A DNA stretch of 63,640 nt, the filler included, from Octopus bimaculoides (taxonomy: Eukaryota): assembly GCF_001194135.2 (NCBI RefSeq). It is 8 parts of 7 records of this genome, joined end to end, with 100 filler letters (N's around TTAATTAATTAA, not from the genome) between each part and the next. Parts side by side here need not be neighbours in the genome. Positions count along the whole stretch, not along the records: positions 1 to 17,474 come from NC_068996.1; positions 17,575 to 25,789 come from NC_068982.1; positions 25,890 to 37,078 come from NC_068987.1; 5 more parts are not named here. One strand, given 5' to 3'. The notes beneath the pieces are model-generated. The model was not told the DNA's origin. It was given only the letters and a program-made list of their open reading frames with translations, and did no database searches. Shown piece by piece: positions 14,107-26,637 of the stretch. A program made the position numbers and the translations under genes. Position 1 is the stretch's first letter. Every line of letters begins with the position of its first letter.

Positions 14107-15085
14107 NNNNNNNNNNNNNNNNNNNNNNNNNNNNNNNNNNNNNNNNNNNNNNNNNNNNNNNNNNNNNNNNNNNNNNNNNNNNNNNNNNNNNNNNNNNNNN
14201 NNNNNNNNNNNNNNNNNNNNNNNNNNNNNNNNNNNNNNNNNNNNNNNNNNNNNNNNNNNNNNNNNNNNNNNNNNNNNNNNNNNNNNNNNNNNNNNNNNNN
14301 NNNNNNNNNNNNNNNNNNNNNNNNNNNNNNNNNNNNNNNNNNNNNNNNNNNNNNNNNNNNNNNNNNNNNNNNNNNNNNNNNNNNNNNNNNNNNNNNNNNN
14401 NNNNNNNNNNNNNNNNNNNNNNNNNNNNNNNNNNNNNNNNNNNNNNNNNNNNNNNNNNNNNNNNNNNNNNNNNNNNNNNNNNNNNNNNNNNNNNNNNNNN
14501 NNNNNNNNNNNNNNNNNNNNNNNNNNNNNNNNNNNNNNNNNNNNNNNNNNNNNNNNNNNNNNNNNNNNNNNNNNNNNNNNNNNNNNNNNNNNNNNNNNNN
14601 NNNNNNNNNNNNNNNNNNNNNNNNNNNNNNNNNNNNNNNNNNNNNNNNNNNNNNNNNNNNNNNNNNNNNNNNNNNNNNNNNNNNNNNNNNNNNNNNNNNN
14701 NNNNNNNNNNNNNNNNNNNNNNNNNNNNNNNNNNNNNNNNNNNNNNNNNNNNNNNNNNNNNNNNNNNNNNNNNNNNNNNNNNNNNNNNNNNNNNNNNNNN
14801 NNNNNNNNNNNNNNNNNNNNNNNNNNNNNNNNNNNNNNNNNNNNNNNNNNNNNNNNNNNNNNNNNNNNNNNNNNNNNNNNNNNNNNNNNNNNNNNNNNNN
14901 NNNNNNNNNNNNNNNNNNNNNNNNNNNNNNNNNNNNNNNNNNNNNNNNNNNNNNNNNNNNNNNNNNNNNNNNNNNNNNNNNNNNNNNNNNNNNNNNNNNN
15001 NNNNNNNNNNNNNNNNNNNNNNNNNNNNNNNNNNNNNNNNNNNNNNNNNNNNNNNNNNNNNNNNNNNNNNNNNNNNNNNNNNNNN

Positions 15086-15136
<51 letters not shown>

Positions 15137-15140
15137 TTAT

Positions 15141-15320
15141 TTTACTTGTTTCAGTTATTTTGACTGTGGTCATGCTGGGAACCGCCTGTTAGTCTAAGGA
15201 ATTGACCCTGGTCTCATTCCTTATAAGCCTTGTACTTATTCTATCGCACCATTTTGTCGAACCGCTAAGTTACGGCATCTGTTGTCAAGTGATGGTGAGG
15301 GAGTAAATAGGGACACAAAC
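15141..15320 (-). mobile_element. CORE-like SINE 3' part
   Basis: TTTACTTGTTTCAG...TTTGACTGTGGTCATGCTGG...CCGCTAAGTTAC matches the 52597-53026 copy. Confidence 0.8.
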
Positions 15321-16317
15321 ACACAAATATATATATATATATATATATAAATACATACACACACATATATGTATGTGTATGTATATATATATATAACCTA
15401 CATCTATACATACATAAATACATACGTACATACTTATACATATGCATTATAGATGGATATACATATACACATGGACACACGCATAAACGTGTTGTATGTG
15501 TGTAAATATCTACCTGGGTATGCTAGGCAGGTACATAAAGTTATCACAGCAAACAATTAAGAAAAAATATTTATATGTATATCGTAGAGATCTGTTTCTT
15601 ACAAACACAAGCACAAAGGGATCCGTTTGTTACACGAATAACACATTGGATATCAGAGTTATGTACTTGTTAAGTAAATGATAGTTTTGTGGAGGGATTA
15701 TTGTTTTATTGTTGTATTCTTATGAATGGTTAATGAATAACTTGTTATTGATTTTATTGTTGTTATTGTAGTTATGCTTTTGTTTATCTTGTGCTTGTTA
15801 CTGCCGTTAATAATACAAACGCCTATTTATCCGTTTTTTTCCGCTGGGTACTGGTGTCACCAACTTAGCCTCTGCCCTAAACGGCGGCTAAAAAACATTA
15901 TTTTGAGACATGACAATTCAATCTAAAATAAAACATTAGTTAAGATAGAATGTTTTCGTTAAGTGGTGCGAGAGGTGAGAGATTTGTGAAGTGGGAAGAT
16001 GTGTTGTTAGATTGATGGGCAAAGAAAGCAGAAATGACTACCAACGTTGTTTTCAACAACGCTGCTTTCTGTTTGTATGCTTTCTACACTGAACTCCAAA
16101 GTTTGTCGATGATGTTGAAGTGGGTTCTAAACATATGAGGTCAATCAACTTTGTTTCTCTCTCTCTCTTTCTCACTCTCTCTGCCCCACTCTTTGTCTTT
16201 CTCCTCTCTTTCATTCAGTCACTCACTCACGCACTTACTCATCTCCATCTCTCTCTCTCTCTCACTCTTCTCAAAACCACGTCCTCCATTTCAGAGCATT
16301 AAACATTTTTTTTTCTC

Positions 16318-16366
<49 letters not shown>

Positions 16367-17103
16367 NNNNNNNNNNNNNNNNNNNNNNNNNNNNNNNNNN
16401 NNNNNNNNNNNNNNNNNNNNNNNNNNNNNNNNNNNNNNNNNNNNNNNNNNNNNNNNNNNNNNNNNNNNNNNNNNNNNNNNNNNNNNNNNNNNNNNNNNNN
16501 NNNNNNNNNNNNNNNNNNNNNNNNNNNNNNNNNNNNNNNNNNNNNNNNNNNNNNNNNNNNNNNNNNNNNNNNNNNNNNNNNNNNNNNNNNNNNNNNNNNN
16601 NNNNNNNNNNNNNNNNNNNNNNNNNNNNNNNNNNNNNNNNNNNNNNNNNNNNNNNNNNNNNNNNNNNNNNNNNNNNNNNNNNNNNNNNNNNNNNNNNNNN
16701 NNNNNNNNNNNNNNNNNNNNNNNNNNNNNNNNNNNNNNNNNNNNNNNNNNNNNNNNNNNNNNNNNNNNNNNNNNNNNNNNNNNNNNNNNNNNNNNNNNNN
16801 NNNNNNNNNNNNNNNNNNNNNNNNNNNNNNNNNNNNNNNNNNNNNNNNNNNNNNNNNNNNNNNNTTTTTGTTTTTACCGTACTTTTTTTTTTTAGGAAAT
16901 ACTTTTTGCTTGAACGTTTTTTGATTACGGGGAATCCAAATATTGAACAAATTGATTAGGTACTAGAATACGCACATACATGCACATAAATACACAAATA
17001 CACACAGACTCACACACACACACACTACATACACAATACACACACACAAGCTTACATAGCCTCATAAAGAAATGCATTGTTATACATACATAGATATAAA
17101 TAA

Positions 17104-17474
17104 CTCCTACACATACATAGGCAATGTTGCCGCTAAATGGAGGGCTGAGTACGCCGTGGTTGATGATGCGCAGCCATGCGCTGAGACTGCGACATCTCCG
17201 GCGCTTCATAGACGACGGTGAGCAGGTGTGCTCGCCGTTTGTGCGGCGCGCTTTCCCGCAGCTCGTCTCCTTAGCCGAACTGCAGTCGTGGATTAAACAA
17301 AGACCTAGGCTCGGCGAATGGCACCGCGAGTGTCGCGTTGCTCTCAAGCAACTCTGCCGTCCGGGACCAATCTTGAGCATCTTTGATTCCACAAAAGCGT
17401 TCTATAGAGGATTAGTGGAGGGGAGGTGCGACGACGATCTCGGGCAGAATCTGGGCGTCGACGAGGAACACCTG
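17104..17474 (+). mobile_element. L1/Tx1-clade LINE ORF2 fragment (post-RT region)
   Basis: GC-rich island encoding LPLNGGLSTPWLMMRSHALRLRHLRR. Its 3' end (GGATTAGTGG...GTGCGACGACG...CTGGGCG.CGACGAG) is homologous to 45975-46050, which continues into a zf-RVT-type CCHC finger. Confidence 0.75.
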
Positions 17475-17574
17475 NNNNNNNNNNNNNNNNNNNNNNNNNN
17501 NNNNNNNNNNNNNNNNNNTTAATTAATTAANNNNNNNNNNNNNNNNNNNNNNNNNNNNNNNNNNNNNNNNNNNN
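17475..17574. other. Assembly spacer: 44 N + TTAATTAATTAA + 44 N. The same marker occurs at 25834, 37123, 44825, 48087, 59075 and 61812.
   Basis: Identical 12-mer (stops in all six frames) centred in a 100-bp N block, seven times. This is an artificial scaffold join, so order and distance across these points are uncertain. Confidence 0.95.
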
Positions 17575-17620
<46 letters not shown>

Positions 17621-19956
17621 GCATGTATATATATCCCTCACCACCAACATTCGACAACTGGTGTTGGTTTGCTTGCATCATTGTAACTTAGCAGTTTGGC
17701 AAAAGAAATCGACAGAATGAGAGCACCGGACCTTAATAATTGGATACTGCACTTGATTTCTTGGACTAAAAATCCTTCAAGGCAGTGTCCCAGAATGGCT
17801 GTAGTCCACAGACTAAAAGATAAAAGGAAGCAACAGAAATGTAGAACTTACTCCGCTTTTTGCATCACAGCCTGCTGGTTCTCAGAGGTTGAAAATTCTG
17901 ACTGGAACACAGGTACTTTATTGTCCAGCAAATATTCATCCAGAGCATCTCCTATAATAACAAAATGCATTCAGTTTACGATTAAATGCTAATGTATAAA
18001 ATGAACCAAATACAATTAAAAAAAAAATTAAAATGAAGGATCAACACATAGATGTGGTTAATAAGCTTGCTTTGCAACCACATGGTTTTGGGTTCAGTAC
18101 CACTGTGTGGCATCTTGGGCAAATGTCTTCTGTTATAGCCTTGAGCCGACCAATGGTTTTTGAGTGATTTGATACAGGGAAATTATGTGAAAGCCTGTCA
18201 TGTGTGTTTGTGTATGCATTATCTTTTATAGCAGAAACAGCTATAAGCTAATGAAATTCATTACATAATTTCTTACTCCCTTGTCGTTTACTTCATTTCT
18301 TATTAGAGCTCTGTACATGCCTGATACTTCTTTTTTTTTACACATACATGTTGAGATATAATACTACATTATTAGTTTTGCATTTGTGTATCTCCCTTCT
18401 TCCCATCCACATGACAACAGCTTCTGGTTTTTATCCCTACAATTTAGCAGTTTGGGTGCAAAGAGACTAACAGGATAAATGCTAGACTTAAGAGAAAAAA
18501 CTAAACCCTTCAAGCTAGCACAATGCTTTGGCATGGTTACAGTGCCATGACTGAAATGAGATGGGCAAAAGAAAAAAAGATAATGCAAAGATTAATATGT
18601 TTTACCAAAACCCACCTGGGTTGAAATGCAATTCCTACATAAATATTGACTTAATTCACTCAAATTAAATTTGTAAGGCTTGTGCATGAATAAATCTGTT
18701 TGCTGTTGCTATTAAACTCTAATTTGTCTTAACTATAGATCTATAATAAAGAGCATTTCAACCATAGCCATCCTGTCCCTTTCTCAAGGATTACACACAT
18801 ACACACATGGCAGAGGCTTGTCTGATCCAATGTTAATTGCATCCATATGGCTGCGTATCATGATGTACTAAATCTACCAACATTATTATGGATTGCTGAG
18901 CATCCCCCACCCACATCCCCAAAACAACTGTTGGACTTATATCTTTCTTCCACCAATTTAATTTTTGCATAAACTGGACCTATTAATATAAATATCTCTA
19001 AATACACATTGCATATATGTTAAGTATGAGTAGTCAATAATATATCAACTTATAGTGGTTTTGTGTGGCTATTCAAGTTATACTTTTTAGCTCTTATTTC
19101 TAGCAATTGTAAGTGCTATTTTGCACCATTATTTATGCATTCTACCCCTTTGGTTTTCAATTGCTTTAGTCACCTATAGTATAACATATTTAATATATTA
19201 TAATATCAATTTATCGTTATAATATCTCACTCTATGTATATGTATGCATGTATGTATGTATGTATGTAAGTATATATATATATATATNNNNNNNNNNNNN
19301 NNNNNNNNNNNNNNNNNNNNNNNNNNNNNNNNNNNNNNNNNNNNNNNNNNNNNNNNNNNNNNNNNNNNNNNNNNNNNNNNNNNNNNNNNNNNNNNNNNNN
19401 NNNNNNNNNNNNNNNNNNNNNNNNNNNNNNNNNNNNNNNNNNNNNNNNNNNNNNNNNNNNNNNNNNNNNNNNNNNNNNNNNNNNNNNNNNNNNNNNNNNN
19501 NNNNNNNNNNNNNNNNNNNNNNNNNNNNNNNNNNNNNNNNNNNNNNNNNNNNNNNNNNNNNNNNNNNNNNNNNNNNNNNNNNNNNNNNNNNNNNNNNNNN
19601 NNNNNNNNNNNNNNNNNNNNNNNNNNNNNNNNNNNNNNNNNNNNNNNNNNNNNNNNNNNNNNNNNNNNNNNNNNNNNNNNNNNNNNNNNNNNNNNNNNNN
19701 NNNNNNNNNNNNNNNNNNNNNNNNNNNNNNNNNNNNNNNNNNNNNNNNNNNNNNNNNNNNNNNNNNNNNNNNNNNNNNNNNNNNNNNNNNNNNNNNNNNN
19801 NNNNNNNNNNNNNNNNNNNNNNNNNNNNNNNNNNNNNNNNNNNNNNNNNNNNNNNNNNNNNNNNNNNNNNNNNNNNNNNNNNNNNNNNNNNNNNNNNNNN
19901 NNNNNNNNNNNNNNNNNNNNNNNNNNNNNNNNNNNNNNNNNNNNNNNNNNNNNNNN

Positions 19957-19995
<39 letters not shown>

Positions 19996-20984
19996 CATAC
20001 ATACACACATAAACACGCACATGACAGGTTTCTTCCTCTGTCAATCTACCAAATCTTTTTATTGTAACACTTTGGTTGGCCTAGAACTATAATAGAAGAT
20101 ACAGGCTCAAGCTGCTGAACAGTGAGACTGAATCCAAGACCACATAGTTGGAAATAGAGCTTCTTAGCCACACACCCAAGCCTGCACCTAAATCAGCATC
20201 AATTTTCACTACAGTGCTTTGGGAATCAATGCCATAGTAGTAATCGGGATGGTAATCCAATAGAACCACCAAGGAGGAAAGAGTTAAGATGATTAGTTAA
20301 AATTTGAAAGCAATTCGTCTGCTGTTCTTACAACCATGTAAAGGTTCCCTTGTTAGTTGATGTTTGTGGTGAAAGAGAGAAAAAGAAGGGTTATTGATTT
20401 AAAGAATGCCATTACGAATTTGATATACAAGCTGAAATAGACCATTAGCACCACAATCAGACAAGAGAACATTCTGTAAAGATCCCGAAGTTGATAAAAT
20501 AGAAATCTAAAATAAGAAAATGGTTACAATATATGAAAATATAATTGGCATCAGCCAGTTGGTTAAATCTTAGTTCGTTGACAATATTTCAACAAGAAAG
20601 CAAATTCATTAAGAATGATATATTGAAATTGTAGAATGATACTAGAAAAGATAGATGAGGATTTGTCCAAGATTTACACTAATCATAATATTTAACTCAT
20701 ATACAGTAGATTAAGGAGTGTTTTAAATACGTCAGAATAACAAGAAAAAAAATTGCCTTGCCTGTGCTCGCTGACATAGCAGTCAATGGGTACAAGCAAA
20801 GCTATGTTTCTTCCCAATCACAGAGTTCTAAGTTACATCCTATTGTGTGGGACCATAGGCAAGTGTTTTTGTCATTTTTACCATAGCCTTGAATTGACCA
20901 GTGACATGTTAATAAAACTATGGTAAGTGTAAATTGTGCAGAAACTCTCCATATATATATATACATAAAGAAGTTTAAGGAATG

Positions 20985-21540
20985 CATAAGAACTAAGATG
21001 AAGTCACTTGGAATGAATTCAAAGGCCATAGAAACCCTTGCTTTGGGTCAAGCTGGGGTGAACAAAAGTATGGAGTAGAGTGAAAGCTTTTGAAGAAACC
21101 AGGATGACCTATACAAAACTCAAAAGAAATCTAAAAAAAAAAAAATGCTACAACCAACAAGAAAATGAATCGCAACCACATTTTTGCGTGCACAATTTGT
21201 GATAGACCATGCCTTTCTTTTGCTAGGCTCACATCTCATTTGCGGACCCATGAAAAGTGAACCTCCACCGACTACTCTGGCTATCTATCTGTGCATACTT
21301 GTCAATGCCATGTATGCCATAAAGACTGCAAATCTGTTGGTAGCCTCAAAAGCCATTTTAAGATCCACATAGATCAGAACTTAACTGCAGCTCTCAGTGG
21401 TCCAAATCTGATATGCAATTTATGTGGATGTCTTTTCAAAATATTGTCTGGTTTAAAAAGCTACATGAAATGCCATAAGTGATTTAAGATGTAAGTACAA
21501 TAGGTGGTCAGACTCTGCATAAGAAACAGACAGCCACCAT
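20985..21540 (+). mobile_element. RTE/BovB-like LINE 3' end with two C2H2-like fingers
   Basis: KMKSLGMNSKAIETLA...VKAFEETR resembles the RTE C-terminus. It is followed by CHVCHKDCKSVGSLKSHFKIH and CNLCGCLFKILSGLKSYMKCH, has frameshifts, and ends in a microsatellite tail. Confidence 0.6.
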
Positions 21541-21549
21541 ATGTATGTA

Positions 21550-21603
<54 letters not shown>

Positions 21604-22609
21604 CGCACCCATTTATTGCACTTGGTAAAAACACTAGAGTAATAATAATTGGGTATCCTCCCAGCAGTATATAGAATAGATATTATTCCTTATTGGGTTG
21701 GATTCACAACCCCTAACTCTCTTGGATTATATATANNNNNNNNNNNNNNNNNNNNNNNNNNNNNNNNNNNNNNNNNNNNNNNNNNNNNNNNNNNNNNNNN
21801 NNNNNNNNNNNNNNNNNNNNNNNNNNNNNTATATATATATTCAGGTACAGGTGTGTCTTTGTGGTATAAAGTTTGCTTACCAAGCACATTGTTTCTAGGT
21901 TCAGTCCCACCTGTGCAACACCTTGATCAAGTGTCTTGAACTATAGCCCCTAGTACACCAAAACCTTTTGTGTGAATTTTGTCAACAGAAACTGTAAAAA
22001 GCAGGTCATATATAGATACCCCACTTGCAATTGTTGCCTATAGAAGGACACTGAAATATCATCCAATATACACTCTGTAAGTGAAATCTGGTAGACCCAT
22101 TAAGAGTCCATGAGAGTTTTGTTTTCCTGTTGATCAAATGGTTAAATTTTATTGAATACGGCATAATTTGCAACTGAAAACTTTTCAGTTGTCTACCAAT
22201 ATTACTTTATTCTCAGAATATAATCGATGGGTTGCATACAAATATGAATGTAGCTATTACAATATAATAAGATATTCAGCTATAGTTTGTAGCTGAGATT
22301 GTCGGAGCTAATTTGATAATTATGAATAGTTAAAATAAAAGAATTAAAAATGCAAATGCTGTTAATTTTGGGTTTATGTAATTCAAAATATCCAAGTATA
22401 TGTCTACCTTATAAATTTAAAGCTTTGAAGCACAGAATGCAATCTACAGTTGGCTATATTTTCTCTTTCTCTCCCTCACTTTCCAGGTGGGGAAGCCATG
22501 TATTTACCTCTTCAGCAAGACACCTGTTCCTCTCCCTCTTTCATAGTTTCTTATTCCTCCAGTCTTTACCCCAGCTCAGTTGAGGGGTCTCATCTTGTGT
22601 GTACTTGGC

Positions 22610-22775
22610 AACTTCATTGGTACTGGTGCCACATAAACACCCAGTATACTCTGTTAAGAGGTTGACATTAGGAAAGGCATCCAAATGTAGAAACCATGCC
22701 AAAGCAGATGTAGAACCTGGTGGAGCCCTCTGGCTCATCTGTTCTTGTCAAACCATCCAATTCATGTCAAGCTAA
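22610..22775 (+). mobile_element. SINE 3' part, (GAT)n-tailed family
   Basis: CTGGTGCCACATAAACACCCAGTATACTCTG...GGAAAGGCATCCA...AGAAACCATGCC is shared with the 25335, 54890 and 56150 copies. Confidence 0.7.
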
Positions 22776-23399
22776 AACACTGCAAAATGCATTGTGATCA
22801 GTGATGTATGACAACATCAGATAAACTGGTTGATCATGTGATATACTTTGAGTTCCACTGTTAAAAATGATTTACACACATATACGAGCACCCCGTCAGT
22901 TATGATAAGGAGGGTTCCAGTTGATTCGATCAACAGAACAGAAGACTGCTCATGAAATTAACATGAAAGTGGCTGAGCACTTCACAGACACATGTACCCT
23001 TAATGTAGCTTAATTCAGCATGACACAGAATGTGACAAGGCTGGCCCTTTGAAATACAGGTACCACCTGATAGTAGCATCATATTTTAGCATCATAGTAT
23101 CATATTTTAGTATTCTAAGACATTCCGATAATAACTTTTGCAGTATTCTCATTTCTCATTACTGACTTTATCTACTACACAACTTATTATTAAATAGTTA
23201 CATTCAATAGAATTCTTGCACCAATAGATAGTTGCAGTTGTTGTTTAGCACCCAGGTCAGTCTGTTCCACCAATGACCATCACACATTTATTTCACGTGA
23301 GTGTATAACCCTTGCATGGATATTATGTGATGGGTGTAAATGAGTATCATCAACAGACAAGTCTTCTGTAAAAAACACAAGCCTGGTTAAGGAGAAATA

Positions 23400-23614
23400 T
23401 TGGTTTCAAATTTTGGCACAAAGCCAGCAGGTTTGGGAAAGGGGCTAAGTCAGTTAAAATCAACTGCACTTTTCAACTGGTACTTATTTTATAGAAGCCG
23501 AAAGGATGAAAGGCAAAGTCAACCCCAGCGGAATTTGAACTCAGAAAGTAAAGATAGATGAAATGCCTTGAAGCATTTTGCCTTGTTTGCTAACAATTCT
23601 GCCAGTTCACTGCC
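23400..23614 (-). mobile_element. Meta-type tRNA SINE
   Basis: CTGGTACTTATTTTAT...GAAAGGATGAAAGGCAAAGTCAACC...GGAATTTGAACTCAGAA is homologous to 2702-2937. Confidence 0.85.
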
Positions 23615-25112
23615 AGAATGTAATATTTCTCTAAGGAGAAATATAATCTTGCTTGGAAACAGGTGAATGTTGGTGACAGGAAAGGTATCTGACTGAAGAA
23701 AATCTACCTCAACAAATTCTCTCTGACATGCAAGCATGAAGGAAAATTGGATGTTAAATGATAAAAGTGATTATTAATATTTCTGTCAAGTTTTTTAATA
23801 TGCTTATTTCATAAGCACAGGTATAGGAACAAGGATCAAATAGCTGTAAACTGTGAATTTCTATCTTGCCGTAGCAGAAGCACAACCAACAGCAGAACGT
23901 ATAAGAAGGGGTAACAACATCAACCACGATCCTGTAGCAATGGAATCAACTGTCTGCCCTCATTTATTTTAATCGCGATATATATAAGAAAAAATTAACG
24001 AGTCCACATAAAACTTTTAGATGCCATGCAACTAGCAGTTTTTAATTATCTAAACAAATATACAGCGTTTGTTATAAATTTCATTCTGTCCTTCTACAAC
24101 TCACATTTTAACATCTTAAGAGAAAAGATGAGGGATTTTGGGGATCTATTTCTAGTAAGATGAGCAATGACATAGCAGCTCCTTTGTTGGCTTGTGATAC
24201 TTAAAATTTAAATAAGCAGCAATAAGAACCCAAGACTGAACTAATCAGTTAAGTCCTCTCTTTACAAAGCATACAGTATACATTATTATGTAATTATTAA
24301 TACCGATGGGAAAGACGAACAAAACAACAAAAACAACAGCAAGCAACAAGAAAAAAACATACAAATGAAACACACAAAGTTAAAAATTATAGATAATATT
24401 TAGTGATATGAGACGTGTGTATGATGATAGTAATAATATACAGTTGCGTCTTGATCAGTCGTATTTCCAAAAGATAAAACAAAATTGAATTACCAAAATT
24501 AAGCCGCAAGTCTGGAAACCAAACAAGTTTCATAAATAATACAGTATTTTCTTTTTTATTTTTTTGTAATGAAATGAGAAGTTTACTTAGTAAATATATA
24601 AAAGAAAAAACAAATCACAAATAAATATGGAGGTTTTAAGACATAGAGACTACTTCTGCTTCTTTCAAAGATGAAAATACACAAGTAACGATAAATATTT
24701 TCAGAATTCTAATCCCCAGGCAATCGAGGATCCTGATCAGGAATGTGAAACTGACAGTAGTATTGCAATTTTTCAGTTTTGCAGTACTATACATGAGGAC
24801 AAGTAGCCCAGTGGTTAGGGTACTGCAGTCATGATCATGAGATTGTGGTTTCAGTTCCTGGATCAGGTGGTGCATTGCGTTCTCTCATACCACCTGACTT
24901 TATGGTTTTAGATATGCCACATGAAATAATTTCATACATCGGACCTTTTGGATTTTCAGTTGCATGGACACTCTACATTACACTTCTTTGTAACTGATTA
25001 CTCCGTGGACTTATAGCCAAGTCTGTTAGAAGAGCTTTCTATGATAGCCACATGATTCTTTGAATTCACATCTTATACTACTTATACCAATCAAAATCTT
25101 AATCATCTAATA

Positions 25113-25290
25113 TCTGTTTTCCATGCTGGAATGGGTTGAAGAGTTTGACCTAAGCTGGTAAAGCCTGGAGCTACAGTAGGCTCCATTGTGTGTTCTGGTA
25201 TGGTTTCTACAGTTGAATGCCCTTCCTGATGCCAACCACTCTACAAATTGTACAGGCTGCTTTTAAAGTGGCACCAGCACATTATATGTA
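25113..25290 (-). mobile_element. (GAT)n-tailed SINE family copy
   Basis: Reverse complement of the 25335-25530 family sequence (TTTTCCATGCTGG...ATGGTTTCTACAG...GCCCTTCCTGATGCCAACCAC). Confidence 0.75.
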
Positions 25291-25334
25291 TCACATAAAA
25301 GTGCCCGTGTGACACCAGGTAAAAGTGCCTGTGC

Positions 25335-25529
25335 AGTGCCACATAAAAAGACCCAGCACACTCTATACAGTGGTTGGCATAAGGAATGGCATCCAGCTGT
25401 ACAAACCATGCCAAATCGGACTGGAATCTGGTGCAGCCCCCCAGCACCACTCAGCTTGCCTGCTCTGGTCACACTGTCCAACCCATGCCAGCATGGACAA
25501 CAGACGTAAAATGAAGATGATGATGATGA

Positions 25530-25530
<1 letters not shown>
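25335..25530 (+). mobile_element. (GAT)n-tailed SINE family copy
   Basis: GTGCCACATAAAAAG...GTGGTTGGCAT...CCAACCCATGCCAGCATGG...GATGATGATGAT. Confidence 0.8.
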
Positions 25531-25560
<30 letters not shown>

Positions 25561-25929
25561 TTGAAAAGATTTGTAAATGAACCACACAAGTAAGTAGATA
25601 TTAAAGATAAACAAAAATGAAAATGCCACTTTTTAAAAAATTGGGTGTTTTAATTAATTTACATTACATGTTTTGGTTTTTTTTAAAAAACCTTATCAAA
25701 AATGAGTAAAAAATATGTGAGAAGAGAAGAGGGCTATTAATAAAATAAAATTGAAATCAAAATTAAGAATAACATTCATAGTTTACTGTNNNNNNNNNNN
25801 NNNNNNNNNNNNNNNNNNNNNNNNNNNNNNNNNTTAATTAATTAANNNNNNNNNNNNNNNNNNNNNNNNNNNNNNNNNNNNNNNNNNNNTATAACAAACT
25901 ATGGGCTCCCGATGGCTTCAGAATTTTAC

Positions 25930-26130
25930 TCTATCACGTGACCTTATTAGGGGCCGTGATTGGTCAGTTTGCGTTCTGGCGGGAAAGGTTCGAAGAAGTT
26001 GCCGATTCGAATAATGATCAGTCACGTGATGACAAGGTTAATGGGTTCTCTACTACGCTCGCATTTATTTATATTTAAATGAGAAGATTGTATGTAATGG
26101 CGATAGTAGTTTGTATCTAAAGGCGGGAGG
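25930..26130. promoter_or_regulatory. Putative CpG-containing promoter-like motif cluster
   Basis: TCACGTGAC (25934-42), ATTGG/CCAAT (25959-63), GGCGGGAAA E2F-like (25978-86) and GTCACGTGA (26021-29) within ~100 bp in otherwise AT-rich DNA. Confidence 0.4.
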
Positions 26131-26136
26131 TAGTTT

Positions 26137-26177
<41 letters not shown>

Positions 26178-26268
26178 TAGGCCGTGTGTTTATATATAAA
26201 TGAAAAAATATTTCAATAAAGAATTCACCAAGAGCATTTTCTTTTTTCTTTTCTTCATTTTCACCCAG

Positions 26269-26312
26269 TTCTTTGTCATGTCACTCACGGAAGACCGAAA
26301 TATTTGAAGAGG
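26269..26312 (+). other. Putative 44-nt exon of an unidentified plus-strand transcript
   Basis: Long polypyrimidine tract ending CCCAG at 26268 and consensus donor G|GTAAGT at 26313. Two of three frames are open. No other exons were identified. Confidence 0.35.
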
Positions 26313-26637
26313 GTAAGTTGTCAGAGTCAATATTTAAAGACATTATATTGCAAGAATCTACCATGATTTTGTCCGCATATTCTTGATTGAATGGCAGTCT
26401 TTTAGTGTCCTGTTTTGTAAATAAATCCTGATTAACAACTTGTCCGAGATACGACATGTTTTAATCTGAAACTCCAATATCAACGTATAACTAACGGAGA
26501 ATATCTAGTTCTTGAATATGGTTTGAGATAAGGTTGAGAAACGCTTCTTTTCGTAGGACTCTTTAAAAACTTAATAAAAACATGCGAAGAAATCAAGGTG
26601 CCCACATGGCAAGCTGCTTTATATCGCAGAACGAGAA

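Noticed and set aside
17519-17530. Recurrent TTAATTAATTAA palindrome (7 copies)
   Set aside because: Always centred in a 100-bp N block; an artificial scaffold linker.
21291-21482. Exon of a host C2H2 zinc-finger gene
   Set aside because: No TGEKP linker, the second finger is degenerate, and the upstream sequence is a frameshifted RTE-like C-terminus.
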